A program made the translations under genes and the position numbers. From the NCBI RefSeq assembly GCF_044704955.1, contig NC_091977.1, forward strand, positions 11,160,001 through 11,224,000: a DNA stretch of 64,000 nucleotides. Reading direction: 5' to 3'. This DNA is from Pristiophorus japonicus. Lineage: Eukaryota. Shown in pieces: positions 1-12,900 of this stretch. The notes below the pieces were generated by a model. That model was not told the origin of the DNA. It saw nothing but the letters and a program-made list of their open reading frames with translations, and searched no databases. Each line of letters opens with the position of its first letter. Position 1 is the first letter of the stretch.

Positions 1-1
1 T

Positions 2-2527
2 CAGTCTGGTGAATCTTCGCTGCACTCCCTCAATAGCAAGAATGTCCTTCCTCAAGTTAGGAGACCAAAACTGTACACAATACTCCAGGTGTGGCCTCAC
101 CAAGGCCCTGTACAACTGTAGCAACACCTCCCTGCCCCTGTACTCAAATCCCCTCGCAATGAAGGCCAACATGCCATTTGCTTTCTTAACCGCCTGCTGT
201 ACCTGCATGCCAACCTTCAATGACTGATGTGCCATGACACCCAGGTCTCGTTGCACCTTCCCTTTTCCTAATCTGTCACCATTCAGATAATAGTCTGTCT
301 CTCTGTTTTTACCACCAAAGTGGATAACCTCACATTTATCCACATTATACTTCATCTGCCACGCATTTGCCCACTCACCTAACCTATCCAAGTCACTCTG
401 CAGTCTCATAGCATCCTCCTCGCAGCTCACACTGCCACCCAACTTAGTGTCATCCGCAAATTTGGAGATACTACATTTAATCCCCTCGTCTAAATCATTA
501 ATGTACAATATAAACAGCTGGGGCCCCAGCACAGAACCCTGCGGTACCCCACTAGTCACTGCCTGCCATTCTGAAAAGTCCCCATTTACTCCTACTCTTT
601 GCTTCCTGTCTGACAACCAGTTCTCAATCCACGTCAGCACACTACCCCCAATCCCATGTGCTTTAACTTTGCACATTAATCTCCTGTGTGGGACCTTGTC
701 GAAAGCCTTCTGAAAGTCCAAATACACCACATCAACTGGTACTCCTTTGTCCACTTTATTGGAAACATCCTCAAAAAATTCTAGAAGATTTGTCAAGCAT
801 GATCTCCCTTTCACAAATCCATGCTGACTTGGACCTATCATGTCACCATTTTCCAAATGCGCTGCTATGACATCCTTAATAATTGATTCCATCATTTTAA
901 CCACTACTGAGGTCAGGCTGACTGGTCTATAATTCCCTGCTTTCTCTCTCCCTCCTTTTTTAAAAAGTGGGGTTACATTGGCTACCCTCCACTCGATAGG
1001 AACTGATCCAGAGTCAATGGAATGTTGGAAAATGACTGTCAATGCATCCGCTATTTCCAAGGCCACCTCCTTAAGTACTCTGGGATGCAGTCCATCAGGC
1101 CCTGGGGATTTATCGGCCTTCAATCCCATCAATTTCCCCAACACAATTTCCCGACTAATAAAGATTTCCCTCAGTTCCTCCTCCTTAATAGACCCTCTGA
1201 CCACTTTTATATCCGGAAGGTTGTTTGTGTCCTCCTTAGTGAATACTGAACCAAAGTACTTGTTCAATTGGTCTGCCATTTCTTTGTTCCCCGTTATGAC
1301 TTCCCCTGATTCTGACTGCAGGGGACCTACGTTTGTCTTTACTAACCTTTTTCTCTTTACATACCTATAGAAACTTTTGCAATCCGCCTTAATGTTCCCT
1401 GCAAGCTTCTTCTCGTACTCCATTTTCCCTGCCCTAATCAAACCCTTTGTCCTCCTCTGCTGAGTTCTAAATTTCTCCCAGTCCCCAGGTTCGCTGCTAT
1501 TTCTGGCCAATTTGTATGCCATTTCCTTGGCTTTAATACTATCCCTGATTTCCCTAGATAGCCACGGTTGAGCCACCTTCCCTTTTTTATTTTTACGCCA
1601 GACAGGAATGTACAATTGTTGTAATTCATCCATGCGGTCTCTAAATGTCTGCCATTGCCCATCCACAGTCAACCCCTTAAGTATCATTAGCCAATCTATC
1701 TTAGCCAATTCATGCCTCATACCTTCAAAGTTACCCTTCTTTAAGTTCTGGACCATGGTCTCTGAATTAACTGTTTCATTCTCCATCCTAATGCAGAATT
1801 CCACCATATTATGGTCACTCTTCCCCAAGGGGCCTCCCACAATGAGATTGCTAATTAATCCTCTCTCATTACACAACACCCAGTCTAAGATGGCCTCCCC
1901 CCTAGTTGGTTCCTCGACATATTGGTCTAGAAAACCATCCCTTATGCATTCCAGGAAATCCTCCTCCACCGTATTGCTTCCAGTTTGGCTAGCCCAATCT
2001 ATGTGCATATTAAAGTCACCCATTATAACTGCTGCACCTTTATTGCATGCACTCCTAATTTCCTGTTTGATGCCCTCCCCAACAGCACTACTACTGTTTG
2101 GAGGTCTGTACACAACTCCCACTAACGATTTTTGCCCTTTAGTGTTCTGCAGCTCTACCCATATAGATTCCACATCATCCAAGCTAATGTCTTTCCTAAC
2201 TATTGCATTAATCTCCTCTTTAACCAGCAATGCTACCCCACCTCCTTTTCCTTTTATTCTATCCTTCCTGAATGTTGAATACCCCTGGATGTTGAGTTCC
2301 CAGCCCTGATCATCCTGGAGCCACGTCTCCGTAATCCCAATCACATCATATTTGTTAACATCTATTTGCACAGTTAATTCATCCACCTTATTGCGGATAC
2401 TTCTTGCATTAAGACACAAAGCCTTCAGGCTTGCTTTTTTAACACCCTTTGTCCTTCTAGAATTTTGCTGTACAGTGGCCCTTTTTGTTCTTTGCCTTGG
2501 GTTTCTCTGCCCTCCACTTTTCCTCAT
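2..2527 (-). CDS. CR1 ORF2 (apurinic-like endonuclease + reverse transcriptase), open to the window edge
   Basis: Translation includes LCLNARSIRNK, ITETWL, VVYRPP, MGDFN, SDHN, KSPGPDG, NYRPVSLTS, QHGF, LDFQKAFDKVPH, GVPQGSVLGP, KFADDTK and RPHLEYCVQFW. The frame is open from 2629 (first ATG 2527) and is the same at both ends. The ORF track shows no stop-terminated ORF in this frame. Confidence 0.9.
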   Translation of the reverse strand, partial: MRKSGGQRNPRQRTKRATVQQNSRRTKGVKKASLKALCLNARSIRNKVDELTVQIDVNKYDVIGITETWLQDDQGWELNIQGYSTFRKDRIKGKGGGVALLVKEEINAIVRKDISLDDVESIWVELQNTKGQKSLVGVVYRPPNSSSAVGEGIKQEIRSACNKGAAVIMGDFNMHIDWASQTGSNTVEEDFLECIRDGFLDQYVEEPTRGEAILDWVLCNERGLISNLIVGGPLGKSDHNMVEFCIRMENETVNSETMVQNLKKGNFEGMRHELAKIDWLMILKGLTVDGQWQTFRDRMDELQQLYIPVWRKNKKGKVAQPWLSREIRDSIKAKEMAYKLARNSSEPGDWEKFRTQQRRTKGLIRAGKMEYEKKLAGNIKADCKSFYRYVKRKRLVKTNVGPLQSESGEVITGNKEMADQLNKYFGSVFTKEDTNNLPDIKVVRGSIKEEELREIFISREIVLGKLMGLKADKSPGPDGLHPRVLKEVALEIADALTVIFQHSIDSGSVPIEWRVANVTPLFKKGGREKAGNYRPVSLTSVVVKMMESIIKDVIAAHLENGDMIGPSQHGFVKGRSCLTNLLEFFEDVSNKVDKGVPVDVVYLDFQKAFDKVPHRRLMCKVKAHGIGGSVLTWIENWLSDRKQRVGVNGDFSEWQAVTSGVPQGSVLGPQLFILYINDLDEGIKCSISKFADDTKLGGSVSCEEDAMRLQSDLDRLGEWANAWQMKYNVDKCEVIHFGGKNRETDYYLNGDRLGKGKVQRDLGVMAHQSLKVGMQVQQAVKKANGMLAFIARGFEYRGREVLLQLYRALVRPHLEYCVQFWSPNLRKDILAIEGVQRRFTRL

Positions 2528-2604
2528 CTCCTTTCTGTCTTTTGCTTTTGCCTCATTTTTGTCTCCCTCTGTCTCCCTGTATAGGTTCCCATCCCCTTGC
2601 AATA

Positions 2605-3551
2605 TTAGTTTAACTCCTCCCCAACAGCACTAGCAAACACTCTCCCTAGGACATTGGTTCCGGACCTGCCCAGGTGCAGACCGTCCGGTTTGTACTGGTC
2701 CCACCTCCCCCAGAACCGGTTCCAATGCCCCAAGAATTTGAATCCCTCCCTGCTGCACCACTGCTCAAGCCATGTATTCATCTGCGCTATCCTGCGATTC
2801 CTACTCTGACTAGCACGTGGCACTGGTAGCAATCCCGAGATTACTACTTTTGAGGTCCTACTTTTTAATTTAGCTCCTAGCTCCTTAAATTCTTTTCGTA
2901 GGACCTCATCCCTTTTTTTACCTATGTCGTTGGTACCAATGTGCACCACGACAACTGGCTGTTCTCCCTCCCATTTCAGAATGTCCTGCACCCGCTCCGA
3001 GACATCCTTGACCCTTGCACCAGGGAGGCAACATACCATCCTGGAGTCTCGGTTGCGTCCGCAGAAACGCCTATCTATTCCCCTCACCATCGAATCCCCT
3101 ATCACTATCGTGCTCCCACTCTTTTTCCTGCCCTTTTTGCAGCAGAGCCACCTACGGTGCCATGAACTTGGCTGCTGCTGCCCTCCCCTGATGAGTCATC
3201 CTCCCCAACAGTACTCAAAGCAGTGTATCTGTTTTGCAGGGGGATGACCACAGGGGACCCCTGCACTATCTTTCTTGCACTGCTCTTCCTGCTGGTCTTC
3301 CATTCCCTATCTGGCTGTGGACCCTTCTCCTGCGGTAAGACCAACTCACTACACGTGATACTCACGTCATTCTCAGCATCGTGGATGCTCCAGAGTGAAT
3401 CCACCCTCAGCTCCAATTCCGCAACGCGGACCGTCAAGAGCTCGAGGCGGATACACTTCCCACACACGTAGCGCCCAGGGACACCGGAAGTGTCCCCGAG
3501 TTCCCACATGGTACAGGAGGAGCATATCACATGGCCGAGCTCTCCTGTCAT
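2605..3551 (-). pseudogene. CR1 ORF1 (zinc finger/leucine zipper + SGNH esterase), split by one frameshift near 3105-3140
   Basis: ORF 3105..3551 has CSSC...CGKC and LTVRVAELELRVDSL. ORF 2605..3105 has IGDSMVR, PGA, VHIGTND and DGLHL. The two are in different frames and join across an A-rich run. Confidence 0.85.
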
Positions 3552-3606
3552 GTCTTAACCTTAGATACCCTTAAATTGGTAATAACAATAAAAAGAAAAG
3601 AAAAGC

Positions 3607-3655
3607 TACTCACCAATCACCAGCCAATCACTTACCACATTGGCTGTGACGTCAC
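3607..3655 (-). promoter_or_regulatory. Putative CR1 internal promoter: three CCAAT boxes and a palindromic CRE, plus two minus-strand splice-donor consensus sites
   Basis: CCAAT 3613-3617 and 3624-3628, ATTGG 3639-3643, GTGACGTCAC 3646-3655. Minus-strand GGTAAGTG (3629-3636) and GGTGAGTA (3607-3614). Confidence 0.45.
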
Positions 3656-3712
3656 TTTTTGATTACTTTCTACTTCTATTTTGCTTTCTCTCCCGCTGTA
3701 GCTGTACCGGTA

Positions 3713-3926
3713 CGCTGGCTCTCGATCTCCCGCTGGGCTTTTGACAGGTCGCTCCCCTCTCACCAACTGCCGCTGGCTCTCGATCTCCCGCTGGGCTTTT
3801 GACAGGTCGCTCCCCTCTCACCAACTGCCGCTGGCTCTCGATCTCCCGCTGGGCTTTTGACAGGTTGCTCCCCTCTCACCAACTGCCGCTGGCTCTCGAT
3901 CTCCCGCTGGGCTTTTGACAGGTCGC
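3713..3926. repeat. 58-bp tandem repeat (~3.7 copies) at the CR1 5' end
   Basis: CGCTGGCTCTCGATCTCCCGCTGGGCTTTTGACAGGTCGCTCCCCTCTCACCAACTGC starts at 3713, 3771, 3829 and 3887 (partial); copies are nearly identical. Confidence 0.9.
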
Positions 3927-6900
3927 ACCAGATGGTGGTGTGGTTTGTTTAGATGGTGGAGTGGTTTGGTTAGACGGCGGTGTGGATTGGTTAGATGGCA
4001 GTGTGGTTTGGTGAGATGGCAGTGTGGTTTGGTGAGATGGCAGTGTGGTTTGGTTAGATGGTGGTGTGGTCTGGTTAGATGGCGGTGTGGTTTGGTTAGA
4101 TGGCAGAGTGGATTGGTTAGATGGTGGTGTGATTTGGTTAGATGGCAGTGTGGTTTGGTTACTGGTGGTGTGGTTTGGTAAGATGCCAGTGTGATTTGGT
4201 TAGATGGCAGTGTGGTTTGGTTAGATGGCAGTGTGGTTTGGTTAGATGGCAGTGTAGTTTGGTTAGATGGTGGTGTGGTTTGGTAAGATGGTAGTGTGAT
4301 TTGGTTAGATGGTGGTGTGATTTGGTTAGATGATGCTGTTATTTTGTTAGATGGCAGTGTGCTTTGGTTAGATGGCAGTGTAGTTTGGTTAGATGGTGGT
4401 GTGGTTGGTTAGATGGCAGTGTGGTTTGTTTAGATGGTGGTGTGGTTTGGTTAGATTGCAGTGTGGTTTGGTTAGATGGTGGTGTGGTCTGGTTAGATGG
4501 TGTGGTTTGGTTAGTTGGCAGTGTGGTTTGGTTAGATGGTGGTGTGGTTGGTTAGATGGCAGTGTGGTTTGTTTAGATGGTGGTGTGGTTTGGTTAGATT
4601 GCAGTGTGGTTTGGTTAGATGGTGGTGTGGTCTGGTTAGATGGTGTGGTTTGGTTAGTTGGCAGTGTGGTTTGTTTAGATGGTAGTGTGGTTTGGTTCGA
4701 TGGCAGTGTGATTTGGTTGGATGGTGGTGTGGTTTGGTTAGATGATGCTGTGGTTTGGTTAGATGGCAGCGTGCTTTAGTTAGATGACCGTGTAGTTTGG
4801 ATGGATGGTGGTGTGGTTAGTTTAGATGGTGGTGTGGTTTGGTTCGATGGCAGTGTGGTTTGGTTAGATGGTGGTGTGTTCTGGTTAGATGGTGTGGTTT
4901 TGTTAGATGGAAGTGTGGTTTGGTTAGTTGGTTGCGTGGTGTGGTTAGCTGTCAGTGTGGTTTGGTTAGATGGCAGTGTGATTTGGTTAGATGGCAGTGT
5001 GGTTTGGTTCGGTGGCAGTGTGGTTTGGCTAGATGGTGGAGTGGTTTGGTGAGATGGTAGTGTGGATTGGTTAGATGGCAGTGTGGTTTGGTGAGATGGC
5101 AGTGTGGTTTGGTTAGATGGTGGTGTGGTCTGGTTAGATGGCGGTGTGGTTTGGTTAGATGGCAGAGTGGATTGGTTAGATGGTGGTGTGGTTTGGTTAG
5201 ATGGCAGTGTGGTTTGGTTACTGGTGGTGTGGTTTGGTAAGATGCCAGTGTGATTTGGTTAGATGGCAGTGTGGTTTGGTTAGATGGCAGTGTGGTTTGG
5301 TTAGATGGCAGTGTAGTTTGGTTAGATGGTGGTGTGGTTTGGTAAGATGGTAGTGTGATTTGGTTAGATGGTGGTGTGATTTGGTTAGATGATGCTGTTA
5401 TTTTGTTAGATGGCAGTGTGCTTTGGTTAGATGGCAGTGTAGTTTGGTTAGATGGTGGTGTGGTCTGGTTAGATGGTGTGGTTTGGTTAGCTGGCAGTGT
5501 GGTTTGGTTAGATGGCAGTGTGATTTGGTTAGATGTTGGTGTGGTTTGGTTAGGTGGCAGTGTGGTTTGGCTAGATGGTGGAGTGGTTTGGTGAGATGGT
5601 GGTGTGGTTTGGTTAGATGGCAGTGTGGTTTGGTGAGATGGCAGTGTGGTTTGGTTAGATGGTTGTGTGGTCTGGTTAGATGGCGGTGTCGTTTGGTTAG
5701 ATGGCAGAGTGGTTTGGTTAGATGGTGGTGTGGTTTGGTTCGATGGCAGTGTGGTTTGGTTAGATGGTGGTGTGGTCTGGTTAGATGGTGTGGTTTGGTT
5801 AGATGGCAGTGTGGTTTGGTTAGATATCAGTGTGGTTTGGTTAGATGGCAGTGTAGTTTTGTTAGATGGTGTGTGGTTTGGTTAGATTGCAGTGTGATTT
5901 GGGTAGGTGGCTGTGTGGTTTGGTTAGATGGCGATGTGGTTTGGTTAGATTGCAGTGTGGTTTGGTTAGATGGTGGTGTGGTCTGGTTCGATGGTATGGT
6001 TTGGTTAGATGGCAGCGTGCTTTAGTTATATGGCCGTGTCATTTGGATGGATGGTGGTGTGGTTTGTTTAGCTGGTGGTGTGGTTTGGTTCGATGGCAGT
6101 GTGGTTTGGTTAGATGGTGGTGTGGTCTGGTTAGATGGTGTGGTTTTGTTCGATGGAAGTGTGGTTTGGTTAGATGGTGGTGTGGTTTGTTTAGATGGTA
6201 GAGTGGTTTGGTTCGATGGCAGTGTGGTTTGGTTAGTGGTGGTGTGGTTTGGTAAGATGTCAGTGTGATTTGGTTAGATGGCAGTGTGGTTTGGTTAGAT
6301 ATCAGTGTGGTTTGGTTAGATGGCAGTATAGTTTTGTTAGATGGTGTGTGGTTTGGTAAGATGGCAGTGTGATTTGGTTAGATGATGGTGTGGTTTGGTT
6401 AGATGATGCTGTGATTTGGTTAGATTTCAGTGTGCTTTGGTTAGATGGCAGTGTAGTTTGGTTAAATGGTGGTGTGGTTTGTTTAGATGGTGGTGTGGTT
6501 TGGTTAGATTGCAGTGTGGTTTGGTTAGATGGTGGTGTGGTCTGGTTCGATGGTGTGGTTTGGTTAGATGGCAGTGTGGTTTGGTTAGATATCAGTGTGG
6601 TTTGGTTAGATGGCAGTGTAGTTTTGTTAGATGGTGTGTGGTTTGGTTAGATTACAGTGTGGTTTGCGTAGGTGGCTGTGTGGTTTGGTTAGATAGCGAT
6701 GTGGTTTGGTTAGATTGCAGTGTGGTTTGGTTAGATGGTGGTGTGGTCTGGTTCGATGGTGTGGTTTGGTTAGATGGCAGCGTGCTTTAGTTAGATGGCC
6801 GTGTCGTTTGGATGGATGGTGGTGTGGTTTGTTTAGATGGTGGTGTGGTTTGGTTCGATGGCAGCGTGCTTTAGTTAGATGGCCGTGTCGTTTGGATGGA

Positions 6901-9900
6901 TGGTGGTGTGGTTTGTTTAGATGATGCTGTGGTTTGGTTAGATGGCTGTGTGCTTTAGTTAGATGGTCGTGTAGTTTGGATGGATGGTGGTGTGGTTAGT
7001 TTAGATAGTGGTGTGGTCTGGTTAGATGGTGTGGTTTTGTTAGATGGAAGTGTGGTTTGGTTAGATGGTGGTGTGGTTTGGTTAGCTGGCAGTGTGGTTT
7101 GGTTAGATGGCAGTGTGATTTGGTTAGATGTTGGTGTGGTTTGGTTAGGTGGCAGTGTGGTTTGGCTAGATGGTGGAGTGGTTTGGTGAGATGGTGGTGT
7201 GGTTTGGTTAGATGGCAGTGTGGTTTGGTGAGATGGCAGTGTGGTTTGGTTAGATGGTGGTGTGGTCTGGTTAGATGGCGGTGTGGTTTGGTTAGATGGC
7301 AGTGTGGTTTGGTTAGTGGCGGTGTGGTTTGGTAAGATGGCAGTGTGATTTGGTTAGAAGGCAGTATGGTTTGGTTAGATATCAGTGTGGTTTGGTTAGA
7401 TGGCAGTGTAGTTTTGTTCGATGGTGTGTGGTTTGGTAAGATGGCAGTGTGATTTGGTTAGATGATGGTGTGGTTTGGTTAGATGATGCTGTGATTTGGT
7501 TAGATTTCAGTGTGCTTTGGTTAGATGGCAGTGTAGTTTGGTTAAATGGTGGTGTGGTTTGTTCAGATGGTGGTGTGGTTTGGTTAGATTGCAGTGTGGT
7601 TTGGTTAGATGGTGGTGTGGTCTGGTTCGATGGTGTGGTTTGGTTAGATGGCAGTGTGGTTTGGTTAGATATCAGTGTGGTTTGGTTAGATGGCAGTGTA
7701 GTTTTGTTAGATGGCGTGTGGTTTGGTTAGATTGCAGTGTGGTTTGGGTAGGTGGCTGTGTGGTTTGGTTAGATGGCGATGTGGTTTGGTTAGATTTCAG
7801 TGTGGTTTGGTTAGATGGTGGTGTGGTCTGGTTCGATGGTGTGGTTTGGTTAGATGGCAGCGTGCTTTAGTTAGATGGCCGTGTCGTTTGGATGGATGGT
7901 GGTGTGGTTTGTTTAGATGGTGGTGTGGTTTGGTTCGATGGCAGCGTGCTTTAGTTAGATGGCCGTGTCGTTTGGATGGATGGTGGTGTGGTTTGTTTAG
8001 ATGATGCTGTGGTTTGGTTAGATGGCTGTGTGCTTTAGTTAGATGGTCGAGTAGTTTGGATGGATGGTGGTGTGGTTAGTTTCGATAGTGGTGTGGTCTG
8101 GTTAGATGGTGTGGTTTTGTTAGATGGAAGTGTGGTTTGGTTAGATGGTGGTGTGGTTTGGTTAGCTGGCAGTGTGGTTTGGTTACATGGCAGTGTGATT
8201 TGGTTAGATGTTGGTGTGGTTTGGTTCGGTGGCAGTGTGGTTTGGCTAGATGGTGGAGTGGTTTGGTGAGATGGTGGTGTGGTTTGGTTAGATGGCAGTG
8301 TGGTTTGGTGAGATGGCAGTGTGGTTTGGTTAGATGGTGGTGTGGTCTGGTTAGATGGTGGTGTGGTTATGTTAGATGGCAGAGTGGTTTGGTTAGATGG
8401 TGGTGTGGTTTGGTTAGATGGCAGTGTGGTTTGGTTAGTGGCGGTGTGGTTTGGTAAGATGGCAGTGTGATTTGGTTAGAAGGCAGTATGGTTTGGTTAG
8501 ATATCAGTGTGGTTTGGTTAGATGGCAGTGTAGTTTTGTTTGATGGTGTGTGGTTTGGTAAGATGGCAGTGTGATTTGGTTAGATGATGGTGTGGTTTGG
8601 TTAGATGGTTATGTGATTTGGTTAGATGGTGGTGTGGTTTGGTTAGATGATGCTGTGATTTGGTTAGATTTCAGTGTGCTTTGGTTAGATGGCAGTGTGG
8701 TTTGGTTAGATGGTGGTGTGGTTTGTTTAGATGGTGGTGTGGTTTGTTTAGATTGCAGTGTGGTTTGGTTAGATGGTGGTGTGGTCTGGTTAGATGGTGT
8801 GGTTTGGTTAGATGGCAGTGTGGTTTGTTTAGATGGTGGTGTGGTTTGGTTAGATGATGGAGTGGTTTGGTTAGATGATGGTGTGGTTTGGTTAGATTGC
8901 AGTGTGGTTTGGGTAGGTGGCTGTGTGGTTTGGTTAGATGGCGATGTGGTTTGGTTAGATTGCAGTGTGGTTTGGTTAGATGGTGGTGTGGTCTGGTTAG
9001 ATGGTGTGGTTTGGTTAGATGGCAGCGTGCTTTAGTTAGATGGCCATGTCGTTTGGATGGATGGTGGTGTGGTTTGTTTAGATTATGGTGTGGTTTGGTT
9101 TGATGGCAGTGTGATTTGGTTGGAAGGTGGTGTGGTTTGGTTAGATGATGCTGTGGTTTGGTTAGATGGCAGCGTGCTTTAGTTAGATGGCCGTGTAGTT
9201 TGGATGGATGGTGGTGTGGTTTGGTGAGATGGTGGTGTGGTTTGGTTAGCTGGCAGTGTGGTTTGGTTAGATGGCAGTGTGATTTGGTTAGATGTTGGTG
9301 TGGTTTGGTTAGGTGGCAGTGTGGTTTGGCTAGATGGTGGAGTGGTTTGGTGAGATGGTGGTGTGGTTTGGTTAGATGGCAGTGTGATTTGTTTAGATGG
9401 CAGTGTGGTTTGGTTAGATGGCAGTGTGGTTTGGTTAGATGGCAGTGTCGTTTGGTTAGATGGTGGTGTGGTTTCATAAGATGGCAGTGTGATTTGGTTA
9501 GATGGTGGTGTGGTTTGGTTAGATCATGCTGTAATATTGTTAAATGACAGTGTGCTTTGGTTAGATGGCAGTGTAGTTTGGTTAGATGGTGGTGTGGTTT
9601 GTTTAGATGGTGGTGTGGTTTGGTTAGATTGCAGTGTGGTTTGGTTAGATGGTGGTGTGGTCTGGTTAGAAGGTGTGGTTTGGTTAGATGGCAGTGTGGT
9701 TTGTTTAGATGGTGGTGTGGTTTGTTTAGATGGTGGTGTGGTTTGGTTAGATTGCAGTGTGGTTTGGTTAGATGGTGGTGTGGTCTGGTTCGATGGTGTA
9801 TTTTGGTTAGATGGCAGTGTGGTTTGTTTAGATGGTGGTGTGGTGTGTTTAGATGGTGGAGTGGTTTGGTTAGACAGCGATGTGGATTGGTTAGCTTGAG

Positions 9901-12900
9901 GTGTGGTTTGGTTAGATGGCTGTGTGGTTTGGTTAGATGGTGGTGTGGTTTGGTTAGATCGAAGTGTGGTTTGGTTAGATGGTGGTGTGGTTTGGATAGA
10001 TGGTGGTGTGGTTTGGTTAGATGGCAGTATGGTTTGGTTAGATGGTGGTGTTGTTTGGTTAGATGTGATGTGTTTTGGTTCGATGATGGTGTGGTTTGGT
10101 TAGATGCCAGTATGTGGTTTGGTTCGTTGGTGGTGTGGTTTGGTTAGAGTGCAGTGTGATTTTGTTCGATGGTGGTGTGGTTTGGTTAGATGGCAGTGTG
10201 GTTTTGTTAGATGGCAGTGTGGTTTGGATCGATGGTAGTGTGGTTTGGTTAGATGGCAGTGTAGTCTGGTTAGATGGTGGTGTGGTTTGGTTAGATGGCA
10301 GTGTGACTTGGTTGGATGGTGGTGTGGTTTGGTTAGATGGCAGTGTGATTTGGTTAGATGGTGGTGTGGTTTGGTTAGATGATGCTGTTGTTTTGTTAGA
10401 TGGCAGCGTGCTTTAGTTAGATGGCCGTGTAGTTTGGATGGATGGTGGTGTGGTTTGTTTAGATGGTGGTGTGGTTTGGTTCGATGGCAGTGTGGTTTGG
10501 TTAGATGGTGGTGTGGTCTGGTTAGATGGTGTGGTTTTGTTAGATGGAAGTGTGGTTTGGTTAGATGGTGGTGTGGTTTGTTTAGATGGTGGAGTGGTTT
10601 GGATCGATGGCAGTGTGATTTGGTTAGATGGCCGTGTAGTTTGGATGAATGGTGGTGTGGTTTGGTTAGATGGCAGTGTGATTTGGTTGGATGGTGGTGT
10701 GGTTTGGTTAGATGGCCGTGTAGTTTGGATGGATGGTGGTGTGGTTTGGTTAGATGGCAGTGTGATTTGTTTAGATGGTGGTGTGGTTTGGTTCGATGAC
10801 AGTGTGGTTTGGTTAGATGGTGGTGTGGTCTGGTTAGATGGTGTAGTTTTGTTAGATGGAAGTGTGGTTTGGTTAGATGGCGGTGTGGTTTGGATAGCTC
10901 GTGGTGTGGTTAGGTTAGGTGACAGTGTGGTTTGGTAAGATGGCGTTGTGGTTTGGTTAGATGGTGGTGTGGTTTGTTTAGATGGCAGTGTAGTTTGGTT
11001 AGATGTTGGTGTGGTTTGGTTAGATGGCAGTGTCGTTTGGTTAGATGGTGGTGTGGTTTGGTTTGATGGCTGTGTGGTTTGGTTAGATGTTGGTGTGCTT
11101 TGGTTAGATGGCAGTGTGGTTTTGTTAGATGGCAGTGTGGTTTGGATAGATGGCAGTGTGGTTTGGTTAGATGGTGGTGTGGTTTGGTTAGATGGCTGTG
11201 TGGTTTGGTTAGATGTTGGTGTGGTTTGGTTAGATGGTGGTGTGGTTTGGCTAGATGGTGGAGTGGTTTGGTGAGATGGTGGTGTGGTTTGGTTAGATGG
11301 AAGTGTGGTTTGGTTCGATGGCAGTGTGGTTTGGTTAGATGGTGGTGTGGTTTGGTTAGATGGTGGTGTGCTTTGGTTAGATGGCAGTGTGGTTTAGTTA
11401 GATGTTGGTGTGGTTTGGTTAGATGTCGGTGTGATTTGGCTAGATGGTGGTGTGGTTTAGTTAGATGTTGGTGTGGTTTGGTTAGATGGTGGTGTGGTTT
11501 GTTTAGATGGTGGAGTGGTTTGGTTAGATGGCGGTGTGGTTTGGATAGCTCGTGGTGTGGTTAGGTTAGGTGACAGTGTGGTTTGGTAAGATGGCAGTGT
11601 AGTTTGGTTAGATGGTGGTGTGGTTTGTTTAGATGGCAGTGTCGTTTGGTTAGATGGTGGTGTGGTTTGGTTTGATGGCTGTGTGGTTTGGTTAGATGGT
11701 GGTGTGCTTTGGTTAGATGGCAGTGTGGTTTTGTTAGATGGCAGTGTGGTTTGAATAGATGGCAGTGTGGTTTGGTTAGATGGTGGTGTGGTTTGGTTAG
11801 ATGGCTGTGTGGTTTGGATAGATGGCAGTGTGGTTTGGTTAGATGGTGGTGTGGTTTGGCTAGATGGTGGATTGGTTTGGTTCGATGGCTGTGTGGTTTG
11901 GTTAGATGGTGGTGTGGTTTGGCTAGATGGTGGAGTGGTTTGGTGAGATGGTGGTGTGGTTTGGTTAGATGGAAGTGTGGTTTGGTTCGATGGCAGTGTG
12001 GTTTGGTTAGATGGTGGTGTGGTTTGGTTAGATGGTGGTGTGCTTTGGTTAGATGGCAGAGTGGTTTAGTTAGATGTTGGTGTGGTTTGGTTAGATGTTG
12101 GTGTGATTTGGCTAGATGGTGGTGTGGTTTGGTTAGATGGTGGTGTTATTTTGTTAGATGGCAGTGTGGTTTGGTTCGATGGCAGTGTGGTTTGGTTAGA
12201 TGGTGGTGTGGTCTGGTTAGATGGTGTGGTTTTGTTAGATGGAAGTGTGGTTTGGTTAGATGGTGGTGTGGTTTGTTTAGATGGTTGAGTGGTTTGGTTA
12301 GATGGCAGTGTGATTTGGTTAGATGGCCGTGTAGTTTGGATGGATGGTGGTGTGGTTTGGTTAGATGGCAGTGTGATTTGGTTGGATGGTGGTGTGGTTT
12401 GGTTAGATGGCCGTGTAGTTTGGATGGATGGTGGTGTGGTTTGTTTAGATGGTGGTGTGGTTTGGTTCGATGACAGTGTGGTTTGGTTAGATGGTGGTGT
12501 GGTCTGGTTAGATGGTGTAGTTTTGTTAGATGGAAGTGTGGTTTGGTTAGATGGCGGTGTGGTTTGGATAGCTCGTGGTGTGGTTAGGTTAGGTGACAGT
12601 GTGGTTTGGTAAGATGGCGTTGTGGTTTGGTTAGATGGTGGTGTTGTTTGTTTAGATGGCAGTGTAGTTTGGTTAGATGTTGGTGTGGTTTGGTTAGATG
12701 GCAGTGTCGTTTGGTTAGATGGTGGTGTGGTTTGGTTTGATGGCTGTGTGGTTTGGTTAGATGTTGGTGTGCTTTGGTTAGATGGAAGTGTGGTTTGGTT
12801 CGATGGCAGTGTGGTTTGGTTAGATGGTGGTGTGGTTTGGTTAGATGGTGGTGTGCTTTGGTTAGATGGCAGTGTGGTTTAGTTAGATTTTGGTGTGGTT

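Larger units (their letters stand above)
1..3926 (-). mobile_element. CR1-clade LINE, near full-length 5' portion (5'UTR, ORF1, ORF2 EN+RT); 3' end lies outside the window
   Basis: Minus strand reads 5'UTR, then ORF1 (CxxC..CxxC, leucine zipper, GDS/GTND/DGLH esterase), then an overlapping ORF2 with APE endonuclease and RT motifs. This is the typical CR1 organisation. Confidence 0.95.

Noticed and set aside
9-2633. Plus-strand ORFs such as 1608..2309 (233 aa)
   Set aside because: They are antisense shadows of CR1 ORF2.
3105-3140. Programmed ribosomal frameshift in CR1 ORF1
   Set aside because: There is no canonical slippery heptamer, and CR1 ORF1 is normally a single frame; a 1-nt indel is simpler.
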